A stretch of DNA of 64,000 nt from Blepharisma stoltei ATCC 30299. Its lineage: Eukaryota; Protista; Ciliophora. The stretch covers positions 62,001-126,000 of the forward strand of contig CBFDEM010000054.1 in the NCBI GenBank assembly GCA_965603825.1. The letters run 5' to 3'. Both the position numbers and the translations under genes were made by a program. This document shows positions 48,743 to 59,589 of the stretch, piece after piece; position 1 is the stretch's first letter; every line of letters starts with the position of its first letter. Below the pieces are notes generated by a model, which did not search any database, was not told where the DNA came from, and worked only from the letters and a program-made list of their open reading frames with translations.

Positions 48743-49906
48743 TTAAAGGCTATTCGAGATACTTGCTGCTAGCGCGACAAGCTCTTTTGGGCTTTCAAAC
48801 TGGTTAGCTGCTTCAATGGCAGCTTCTATGTGGTGAATGGCTAATTTTTTGGCCCAGTTAATGCCATTTGCATCTGCTATCAATTCTTTTGCAAGGTTTT
48901 CTTGTTTTTCTTGAATTAGCTTGTGTATGCTAGGATGCGTGTTTGCTGCAAAAAGAACAGGGAAAGAGTTATATTTAAGTTTTCCGTTTAAATAGTCTTT
49001 AATGTCGCTAGCTACACTGAGAGCCATTCCAATGTGTTTTCCATAGTCATAACTTATCTTCGTATCACTATTAGCTAAATATGCAATCCCTTGGCACCCA
49101 TTAGCCATAATGCTGGCTGTCTTATAAAAACACAGTGCACAATAGTTCATCAGGACTTCAGAAATTCCTTCCCCTTTCAAGGACAAAATTGACCCTTTTG
49201 CAATATTTTGAATAATCAAACAAAGCAACTGAATTAGTGGCAAACTGTTAATTCTGCAGCATTCAATAGAGCTGGATAAAAATTACGCATTAGAGATCAT
49301 ATAATCACCACCTAATATCATTCCATTATCGCCCAAAAACATATGAAGCCAACTTGCTTCACTAGAATTATCTAAAATTTTGTTATGAATTGAGCTGCCA
49401 AAATGAGCCATTTCTATTGATTGGGTAAATAGCAACTGTTTCATTGAAATTCTTCCTATAGCTTGAGCCATAAGTAACATGGCGGAAGCATGCATATGTT
49501 TTGTTCCATAAAAATCGAAAAATTTAGTCACAATATCAGTAGCTTTTATATCAATTTTAAGCTAAATAAACCTTACCATTTTGCTAATACTCGTGTCGAT
49601 ATTGGTTAAGTGAGATTTTATTGATTCCCTGAATGACGGATTTGCTATTGTTTTTAATGCTAAAAGTTTGTCATTGCAGTAGCTTTCTAATTGTGAGTCG
49701 TTGATAGGGTTTTTTCTCAAGCACTTGTCAGCGAAAATATAGATCCCTGAATCTGGGTAAAGTCCTTGCGCAAAATGATGCATCATTTGTCTCTCAGCAT
49801 ATGCTGACGCTAATCCCAAAAATTTTTCAGGTGTTTTCCTCATGCAAGCAGTTGTAAAACTAGCTCCTACTTATGGATTACAGCATATCGTTTTCCACCG
49901 AAGCAT
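48743..49906 (-). CDS. Polyprenyl-diphosphate synthase-like subunit lacking DDxxD motifs (PDSS2/Dlp1-like), ~372 aa, 3 introns
   Basis: EMAHFGSSIH, ILGGDYM, YKTAS, YGKHIGMA, FPVLFAA; frame restored by introns 49867-49881, 49562-49576 and 49272-49286. Confidence 0.8.
49272..49286 (-). other. 15-nt intron (gtaatttttatccag)
   Basis: GT-AG, A at -6; removes an in-frame TAA. Confidence 0.85.
49562..49576 (-). other. 15-nt intron (gtaaggtttatttag)
   Basis: GT-AG, A at -6; removes an in-frame TAG. Confidence 0.85.
49867..49881 (-). other. 15-nt intron (gtaatccataagtag)
   Basis: GT-AG, A at -6; removes an in-frame TAA and links ATG 49906 to the ORF. Confidence 0.7.
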
Positions 49907-50076
49907 CTTTGTATTTTTTATTACGTTTAAAAATAGACCACTATTTTTATAAATAAGACATGAAGCTGCAAAGAAATATCCAAAAGTTAAGATTTTGTAT
50001 AAATTTTTAAAAATCAGGCGATTTTTAAAATTCTGGAGATTATTATAAATTTATTACGTCATTGCAACTTAACTTA

Positions 50077-50814
50077 TTAGTCCTTAGCAGCAATCGCATT
50101 TAACCTTTCTTCAATTTCCTGTTGACTTAACAATCTAAGAGCATGGTGATCAGTTGTCACAATTCCTACTTCAATATCATTAGACTTATATTCCTGGGCC
50201 ATTACATTCTGTAAGCACTCAATTGCCATTTCTATAGCTTGTTCTCTATTTAAATCCCCATTCACCTTTTTCCACTGTTTTTCCAAATAATTGGTAGCTT
50301 CTTGTTCTTTGACTCCAGCTGCACAAGCTTTAAAGCCTTGGAACATCCCTGCAGGGTCGATTTTATAAAGCTGAGGCCCGAGCTCGTCATCAATGCCTGC
50401 AAGCATCGTGATAACTCCGTAAGGTCTCATAAAGGCTTGCTGCGTATAAACTTGAGCGAGATCTCCTGTTCTGTTGGCTAAAATGTTGACTGGGCATGGA
50501 ATTCCATTCTTAAATCTATATTCACTTGCCTCATTTCTCATTCTTGTCACTAAAGCTCTTGCATCAGGAAGCAAACCTGTCATACAAGCTCCAATATTCT
50601 CAGCAACTGTAAATAAATGGGTTACGCTCTCTGGGACAATCATTCGGTCAGGGACTTTCTTTTCTATGCATAGAACGACACAGTCATTACCACGAACTGC
50701 GATACTTGTAAGGCCAGCTGATTTTGCAGCTTTAAAAGCGTATTCAACTTGATAAAGCCTGCCGTCTGGCGAGAAAATTGTGATGTGCTTATCAAATCCT
50801 GCTCCTCTACTCAT
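50077..50814 (-). CDS. PSMA6: 20S proteasome subunit alpha type-6 (alpha1)
   Basis: MSRGAGFDKHITIFSPDGRLYQVEYAFKA; QVYTQQAFMRPYG; GVKEQEA. Confidence 0.97.
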   Translation of the reverse strand: MSRGAGFDKHITIFSPDGRLYQVEYAFKAAKSAGLTSIAVRGNDCVVLCIEKKVPDRMIVPESVTHLFTVAENIGACMTGLLPDARALVTRMRNEASEYRFKNGIPCPVNILANRTGDLAQVYTQQAFMRPYGVITMLAGIDDELGPQLYKIDPAGMFQGFKACAAGVKEQEATNYLEKQWKKVNGDLNREQAIEMAIECLQNVMAQEYKSNDIEVGIVTTDHHALRLLSQQEIEERLNAIAAKD

Positions 50815-51171
50815 AATATGGTAATAGGAATGAGAAAAGAGGTAAAATGTGAGTATTTACAATTTTTAATTAAAATTGAAATTTATATTTAATAATGCTA
50901 TATCATAATTTTATGAAAATTAACAGTAGAGAAAGGTGTTAGATGAGATTCATTAATAATAAAAAACCTTATGAAACTTAGGGTGTTATACTTATATAAA
51001 TAAAAAATTGAAGCTGAAAATTAATATGTAGTATAGATTTTCTTTAGGAAAATGCCTTAAATTTAATTTTAAAATTAAAAAATTGCATTTGGTAATTAAA
51101 ATATATGAGAGATAAAATAATAAACCCATATTGTTTATATATTTTTTGTAGATGTATTAAACTTAACTATA

Positions 51172-52005
51172 ATGTCTGCTAAGCTTGATTATTATGAAAC
51201 TCTTGAAGTCCATAGAGATGCAAGTAATGAGGAAATCAGGAAAGCCTATCGAAAGCTTGCTCTCAAATGGCATCCTGACAAAAACCCCAACAACAGAGAA
51301 GGAGCTGAAAATAAATTCAAAGAAACTGGAGAAGCTTACTCAGTATTATCTGATGAAAATAAACGAGCTCTTTACGATCTCTACGGTCATCAAGGTTTAG
51401 ACCCTACTTTTAATCCAAACCCCAACAGAGACACATCCGATTTTCATCCTCAAAGCAGTCCTCAGCACAATTTCGATTTTTCTAACGCTGAAGAAATTTT
51501 CCAACAGTTTTTTGGAAGCCGTGATCCTTTTTCTGTGTTTATGGAAAATGATTTTGGGTTCTTTAGAAATCAAAGAAATAATATTTCTAATGGAGATTTA
51601 AATATAGAAAGAAATGGATGAAGGATAAATCCATTTGGGGACTTGGAAAATTATTTTGGGTTATTTAGGAGCCAAAGAAATAACGGCTATAATAGATGAA
51701 GGAGAGATCCGTTTGAGAATTTCTTTGAAAGGAGTAATTTTGGAGATTTCTTTGGAGAAAGCTTATTTGAGACTGCTCAATATAGAAGCGGATTTTATTC
51801 TGATAATGGGGGAAACCCTCAAATGAATTTTAGTTTTAATAATGAAGGAACTCGGAAAAATATTCAAACAAGGCTGGTTAATAGAAATGGGAGGACAGTA
51901 AAGAAGACTTTCGTAACAATAGCCCACCCAGATGGAAGTAGAGAAGTATATGAAGAAATTGGTGGGGATAGAATTCAAAGGTCAAGGCAAAGAATGCCAC
52001 ACTAA
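51172..52005 (+). CDS. J-domain co-chaperone (DNAJB6-like), 277 aa
   Basis: DYYETL...[15 protein letters not shown]; G/F-rich region; short C-terminal beta region; TGA at 51619 and 51697 read as Trp. Confidence 0.9.
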
Positions 52006-52431
52006 GTGGTAAAATAATAATTAAATTCTAAAAATTAAGGTACCCTTAAATTAAATTAAATATTACACCTAAATAATGGAGAGATTTTATCAAATATCAT
52101 ATAATTTATACACAAAAAGCATTTCTAAATGTTCTATACAAGATTATTTTTAAAACTTATATAATAATCAGCTTAAAATTAAATTTTTTAGTCTCTTTTA
52201 TTTAAAATTAATTTTTGAATATTTCCTGAAGCAGCCAAATAATTACCATTAAAATAACTAGTAAAAATAATATTTCTGAAATTGCTAATTCTAAAACCTG
52301 AGTAAAGATAATCAAAATGGCAGTCCCATCTCACTCAGTATTCAACTAAATCTTTAATCAAATAATTATTTTACACAAATACATTGATTTCAGTAATAAA
52401 TACAAGTAAAACGAATAATTTTATTAGCATA

Positions 52432-53889
52432 ATGGACCCAACCGATCAGCAAGCACATGATGAAGCAATGGCTTTATCTCCTGAAATATTACAAGAAAAT
52501 AACGAAGACTTCAGAAATCAATCACCAGATTTAATAGAACACTTACAAATTGAAGAAGAGAGCAGATCGAACACTTCAATTGAAAACATTGATATATCTT
52601 CAAGTGAAGAAGAAGCCGCCGCAACAATATTAAAGGCCCAAGATCAGGAAAAATTCCAAATCCTTGAGTCCCATATTGATGTCTCGGAAAAAAACCGACA
52701 GAAATTTCAAATTCTAGAAAGCAAGCTTTTTGAAAATATCCAAGAAACTCACCTAAAAGGTTATTCTTCAAGTGAAGAACTTGAAATCCTGCAAGATGAG
52801 TTAAAAAATACTGAAGATAATAGAGAAATAAATATTAATATAGCAAATCAGATTGAGTTTAATGCGGAAAAATTGCTGATTGATGAGGTTGCAATAGCAG
52901 ATATAGCTGTTGAAAATTTTAAATCAGAAAAACAATTATTTGATGATTTGGCTATGAACTTGGATGAGCTAAGAGATTTTAGTAATTTAAATGATAGAGA
53001 CGAAGCTAAAAAAGAAATCCCCAGCATTGAGTTTGGCGTTTTACTAATCAAAGAAGAGCCTTCAAATAAAACTTTTGAAGACTTAGAAAAATCTGAGATA
53101 TGCGATTTAGTAGTGTCTGATAAGAATAGAAATCTAAATACATCAAATTTGGTAGAAATTAGTAATTTAGATAATGCTCACATAGCCATTTCTAAAAAAG
53201 AATTTATTTATCCAAATGCTCAAAAAGCAATTTTAGAGCCTTATTCAGCATTTCTCTGCTGATCATCTGCAAAAATACTTTCAAAACCTTTACCTAGCAT
53301 CTGTGTCATTGAAGAAAAAACCAAAAAAATTTTTATAACCAAAAGCAGCTTAGAAGTAATTCACAAACCTTTATGTGAAATTTATTTAAATGAAATTGAT
53401 TTAACAAATCAAATTTCAAATAAAACAATCGAACAAGATATTACTATTCCAAAAAGCAGCCCAAAAGAAGAAAAAATAGAAGAAAAATTGCCATCACCTT
53501 CAATTCCCCATCCCCTTCAAATAGAATTGTCAAATAATTCAATAAATATCAACAAATCTCCTTGCTGTGCTAATAAAGAAACCCCTCATAAAGTAAAGAT
53601 AACTTCAAATGAGCTAAAAATCGAAATCAACATAAATAAAGAAAAGCATCACCACGATTATAAAGTCAATGACGTTTCCGAGCAATCCACCAACAACTGC
53701 AAACTCATAGAAAAAACTATCAGCTTAATCTGCAATGAAAAAAAATCGAAAGAAGAAATGAAGAAAAACCAAAAAGAATACTCGAGATACAGCCATTTAC
53801 CAATCCAAGGAGAAATTAAAAAGAACAGAATAAACTTCCAGCCTGACGCACGCAGCACATCATCATGTGCAAATTGTTGCTTGCTTTAA
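52432..53889 (+). CDS. Acidic low-complexity protein with C-terminal CaaX (CANCCLL), ~485 aa
   Basis: Two same-frame track ORFs joined through TGA 53260; first ATG at 52432. Confidence 0.75.
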
Positions 53890-53976
53890 TAATTTATTAT
53901 GGTTAATAATCTGCTATAAATATTCATAGAATTAATTTTAAAAGTAAGTCATTTTTATAGCAAAATGCGATTATAA

Positions 53977-55359
53977 TTACTCAAGCTCTGAGTTAACATA
54001 AATCAACCGAGCCTTTGCGAAACCATTAAACGTGGAAGCAGCTGCAAAAGTGTAAGCGCCCATATTTTCAAATGAAAGCCAGTCTCCAATGTTCAGCTCC
54101 GGCAGCTGCATCTTCGAAGTCAAGCAGTCCATTGAGTCACAAGTCGGTCCCCAAATGCTGCACTCGAAGGTTTTTTCCTCATTTTCCCCACTAGTCTCCT
54201 TCCTATAAATATGAGGATTTGGAAGCACTGCATGATCAAACATGATGTTATTGAATGACCCATAAACTCCGTCATTCACATAATACATGCACATTTTTTC
54301 AGCGTTTGGCTTTTTTATTTCTTTTTTGGATGTCACGTTCACACTTAGTGAAAAAGCGCTGGCCACGTAATATCTTCCAGGTTCCGCAATTACTTTAACA
54401 TGCCTTGGGAATAGTTCGTCAAGAGTTGGCCTAATTAGGCTGGCAATTTCTTCGAATTTCACCAAACCAGGCTGCTCATATCCAGGGAAGCCTCCTCCAA
54501 TGTCAAGTAGCGTAGGTGAATACCCTGCTGCTTCAATATCATTAAAAGCTCGTCTTGCAAGCAGAAGTGCGTCGCTATAAGCTGTTGCATCTGTGCAGCC
54601 TGAGCCCACGTGGAAGCTGATACCTGCGATATTTACTCCAATTTCTTCAGCTTCTTGTACAAGCTCGGGTACAAGGTCAATTGGAATCCCGAATTTTTTC
54701 CCAAGTCTGCACACAGCTTTGGAGTCGTCAGCATAAATGCGGATGACTACGTCAGCGTGTGGGTTAATTTCGTGGATTTTGCGTAACTCGTCAGCGTTGT
54801 CAGCTGTCATCATGTTTACATAATGATCGCGAGCATATCTGATATTTGACACAGCCTTGCAGGGGTTTGCAAAGATAATATTTTCTGGATCTACGCCTAA
54901 GCCAAGAATTGTTTTTATTTCTTCGGTAGATGCACAGTCAAAGCCAGTGCCAAGCGAAGCAAGAGTCTTGAGTACAAATGGGTCACTATTGCATTTTACT
55001 GCGTAAAATGGCTTAACTCTAGGCAAAAGTGTCGTTCATTGGTGATGCTTTCTTACGACATCCCCAAGATCAGCAACATAGAAAGGCTCTTCAACTTTTT
55101 GTTGATAAATTTGCTGACGGATAACTGAATCAAGAAGGGCTTTTGGATCGACCTCAAATTCAAAAGATGGTTGAATTGATGGGTCTTTAGAAATTCCTTC
55201 GTCATATGGCCCAACTGGTGGATTATAAGGAAATCCTGGATCAGGGTTTATTGGAATTCCGAGCTTACGGCTACTGAGAAAACTTTTTGAAGTATAAAAG
55301 TTGGTAGCGAATTTCATCATTGAACAAGCATTTCGAAGTTTAGATGCACTTTTAAGCAT
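53977..55359 (-). CDS. ODC1: Ornithine decarboxylase (fold-type III PLP enzyme), 460 aa
   Basis: FYVADLGD, Q(TGA)TTLLPRVKPFYAVKCN, FDCAS, FHVGSG, DIGGGF, EPGRY, DGVYGSFN, WGPTCD, NMGAYT. Confidence 0.93.
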
Positions 55360-55869
55360 ACCCTTTCCGAGGTGTATTTATTAATGCCAGTCACGGAAAA
55401 TTTCGAACCTAAATCTTATAAAATGGCGATGAAGCCTTCACTGGAAATTTTTCAATAGCTTTTATTTTCCCGGGAAGGACTTTGGATTGGAATTAGTGGG
55501 AAATGAAAGGAAAAATAAATATTTGTGGTGGGTTTTAGTTATTTTTCTGTGAAACTTAAAATATTGATGCTTAGGAGGGTTTATAAAATTTTATGGAGTA
55601 GGAATTAATTTTTCTTAGGAAACTTGGAACGAAACTATTGTTTGGCAAGATTATTTACACATAAGTCAAGATTCAGCAATTCCATTTAAATCACCCAAAA
55701 AAAACCATAAATAACTATATGTTTTCTAATGCTGATTTTTACATGTATTTATCAATAGTTTTACTATTATGGAATTAAGAAATTTTATCTACGAGCTAAT
55801 GGCTGTTAAAAATGACCGACCAGTATCACTATTTGAAATAAGTTTCATGTTTTCTTTTTATTATAAAAA

Positions 55870-56874
55870 ATGACAGACAAACTTCGAGCTCTTACAATAG
55901 ACAGGTATGGTGATATAAATTCCATGACTGTAAAAGAGTTAAAAATCCCTAAAGACATCCCTGAGAACTTTGTATTGATTAGAAACGAATTTGCAAGCCT
56001 ACACCCAGCAGATGAATACATTTACATGGGCAATTTTTCAGAGTTAAGACTGTCCCATAACACTTTAGGTTTAAATGGAAGTGGAACTGTAATAAAGTCA
56101 GGGGGCGGAGTTTTAGCTAACTCCTTGCTAAATAAACGTGTCACTTTTATGACCTATGGCCCTAATAATACAGGATCTTTTGCGAATATCACGATTGTTG
56201 ATGCAAATTGTGTAGTTCCAATACCTGACAGTATGAATTTTGAGCAGGCTGCTGGCGCAATTTATGCTTTAACTATTGAATATATGATGAACAAAATTAG
56301 AAAGGGAAATCACAGAGCAGTCATACAAAATGTGGCTTGTGGGTATATAGGGAAAGCTATGATTAAATATTGCACTCGCAATGGAATTTCTATAATAAAT
56401 ATTGTAAGAAGAAGTAACCAAGCAGATTTATTGAGAGAAATGGGCTGTGAATATGTCTTTGACTCATCAGAAGAAGGCTGGGAAACCAAAGTAAGCCTAT
56501 TAGCGAAAACTCTTAAAGCTACAATTGCATTTGACGGAGTAGCAGGAGAAATGACCGGGATTCTTTATGATTGCTTGTGTGAGCCTGGCGTTTTATATGT
56601 TTATGGGCTTCTATCAAATCAGCCATGCTTGATAAATCCTATGAGCTTAATAAAGGAAAAAAAGATAAAAGGGCTAACTCTATTTGGATGGCTAAATAAA
56701 CTGTCAATTCTTAAAAAGACTAAACTAGTTGAAAAAGTAGCAAGACTTTATGACCAAGTATTTTTTGTAAATTATTGTGCAACAGTTGATATTAACACTT
56801 TTAAAGACACATTACAGTGTTATAGAGATCGTAAGACAAATTCTAAAATTTTACTGAGAACAAGAGGCATATAA
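55870..56874 (+). CDS. MDR-superfamily Zn-independent oxidoreductase, paralogue B
   Basis: Colinear with 45900..46898 (SGGGVLANSLLNKRV, KGNHRAVIQ, RKTNSKILLRTR). Confidence 0.88.
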   Translation: MTDKLRALTIDRYGDINSMTVKELKIPKDIPENFVLIRNEFASLHPADEYIYMGNFSELRLSHNTLGLNGSGTVIKSGGGVLANSLLNKRVTFMTYGPNNTGSFANITIVDANCVVPIPDSMNFEQAAGAIYALTIEYMMNKIRKGNHRAVIQNVACGYIGKAMIKYCTRNGISIINIVRRSNQADLLREMGCEYVFDSSEEGWETKVSLLAKTLKATIAFDGVAGEMTGILYDCLCEPGVLYVYGLLSNQPCLINPMSLIKEKKIKGLTLFGWLNKLSILKKTKLVEKVARLYDQVFFVNYCATVDINTFKDTLQCYRDRKTNSKILLRTRGI

Positions 56875-56963
56875 TTAATAAAATATTAGCTTTCATAATT
56901 TTATTATAAATATAATGATAAGTAAGCTATCTAAAAATATCGCTTTACTATCTATGAATTAAT

Positions 56964-59531
56964 ATGGAAGAAAACTCGAAAGAAGAAAATAAAGATAATA
57001 CCCCTAAGGAATCTATACAGTTATTTCTTGATAGCTTTGAAACAATCTCAGAATCCCTTATTAAAAATTCCAATTTACAAGAATTATTGAAACACTTATC
57101 AAAATTGTTAGTATATCATACCAATTCCCGTTACGCCGCACAAGTGCTAAGCTTAGGCTCAAATCTTGTTGATAAAATCTCAAAAAAAGCATTATCAAAT
57201 ATTTCAGACCCATATCAGACCTTATCAATGCTGCAATCACTCAAATTAATCTTAAATGTATACCCTGCAATTTTATTGCCTGAAAAATGTGCATTGTTAA
57301 ACAATCTTGCATGCACTTTTAGGAGACTAGGAAAATTCCACGCTGCGAAGAAATATTTAGACAAAGCTTTAGAATTAATAAAAACAAATCGTGATGTTCC
57401 AATCGATAAATCATCAACTTACTTAAACTGCTGCGCAGTTTTCTCTAATTTAAACAAGCATAAAGAAGCTCTAGATTACGCTATGCAGGCTGTTCAGTAC
57501 TCACAAGATGATATGTTAAATTTGCCAAAAGATATTCCTTTTACTGATTATGTCAATAAAATATCGATTTTAGCGATTTCTTATTATAATATTGCCATAG
57601 AAAATGAGTATTTGAAGAAATATGACGATTCTTATGAATGATATGGAAAGGCTATAAAATTTTTAAACAACCATCAAGAAACACAAAATTTGGTAGCAAT
57701 TTTTGATGATTGTGTGAAAAATTATGAGGAAATTAAAGAAAAATTAAAAAAGAGGCCACTTTTTAGTAGAAATTCACGAAGTCGGCCAATATCGGCTAAA
57801 CCTAATGAAATTAATAAATCAAATCTTAGAGATGTGCAAGCTTCTCCACAAATAGACGTGAAATCAAGCAATAATTTTTTTGATGCGAGATTTCCTTTAG
57901 AAAAGAAGCCATATACATTTGAAGAAATAAAAAGCCGATTGAGTATCAAAAATTTTCCAAAATTAAATCCAAGAAAATCTCTTGATGAAAATGAGTCTGA
58001 AACTGATCGGAAATTAAAACCCATTTTATGCCACGACGACAGTCAGCAAAAATTTGTATCAAAGTCAAAAAGTCCTCAAAAAATGAGTGCGAAGATCCAG
58101 AAAAGTCCTTATAGGTCTTCAGTAATCAGATCAAATAAGCTGCTTGAGGTCCGATCAACTCCTCAAGGAAACCATATAAACATAAGAAAAGGCAGCACCC
58201 CAGCCCCTGGCAACTCTCAGCATCATAAAATTCTTGAAGAAGAAAGCAATGACACCCCAGAAAACCAAAGCCAGCTCAATCCCCATTCTTATTATATTGG
58301 AATAGACCATGATACCCCCTTCAGTCTGACCGAATTTTATGCAAATTCTGACACTCCTACTAAAGCTCTTCATATAAATCCTGAAAAAGACAAATTGATA
58401 AAAGATGCAGTCACTGCAATTCAGAATATTTTTAGGGGTAGAAAATACAAAAAGCCGTCAGAAACACAAAAAGGTAGCTCTGAAATAATTTTTAAAGCTG
58501 GAAGGAGAATAGGCGGACAATATTTTTTGGTAATGGTGCTTAAATCTGAAAATGAATATAAACTGACATTGAACAAATTAGGGGAAATTGACAAGGTTTA
58601 TGAAATTCCAATAAATTCTAGCCAGGCTGAATATCCGGAACAGCTTATAAAGCAAGTCCAATTTAAAGAAAACGGCCAACCTTATATAGCCTCCTTAAAA
58701 CCTGATACTATGAAATCCTCACAAGTAAATGAGCTTGTAATTCAATCTTTTTCTAGCTCAATTATAGTGCCTGCCCCAGTTCCAAAAATTTCAATACAGA
58801 CTGAAATAAAAGAAAATTCTCATAGCCAGCTAGTCAGCAAACTTAATACAATTGGCTCATCTCCAAGCAGAGAATTAAAGCAGGCTAAAAAGATCACAGA
58901 TCAGCTGCAATTAAATGATTCATTTGATTTGCTGAATAGGACTCCATTAGACTCATCTCGCTATGTTTTCAAGCTGGTATTAGCAAAAACAATCGAAATC
59001 GACAGCCAAAGCTGCTTGGTCACTATATACATTTCACAAAAATACTTAAAAATGGATATAAAAAGAGATGAAAATTCTGAAGAAAAAATCATTAAAATTG
59101 AAGAAGCGGCTGAGTTGTTAAAAGTGAAAAAAGAAAGGCTAGAGTCAAATACACATAAACTCTGTGATCTTATCCAGAAAAATAAAGGCCTGGATTTCAT
59201 CAAAACTAATGTAACCTTAAAAGGCGATCTAAGCAGCGAGTCATTGGACACTGATAAAGACTCAATTCAAGAAGACCAAAATTTTGTAGGTGGAAAAGCC
59301 ATATGAAGAAATATTGATGGAAGCCTTTTCATGCTTGAAGCTTCCGAATTTGAAGAAATTATCAATATAAAAGCAGCAAACACAGCTGATAAATCATTAG
59401 TCCACCATAAAAGCTACACAAGAAAAGAAATCGAAAAATATTATGGCTCAGTTTTGCCGCTTGAAGCAATCCTGCAAGAAGTAAGCATAAAGAATGGTGA
59501 AATAGTCTTAAAACATGAGAAAAAACTCTAA
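56964..59531 (+). CDS. TPR + IQ-motif protein, ~855 aa
   Basis: TPRs LNNLACTFRRLGKFHAAKKYL, LNCCAVFSNLNKHKEAL, SYYNIAIENEYL; IQ AVTAIQNIFRGRKYK; TGA at 57639 and 59304. Confidence 0.82.
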
Positions 59532-59589
59532 ATAACTTACTATATTTTTATATCCAATATTAAATCACCTTTATATAATTTCGCCTATA

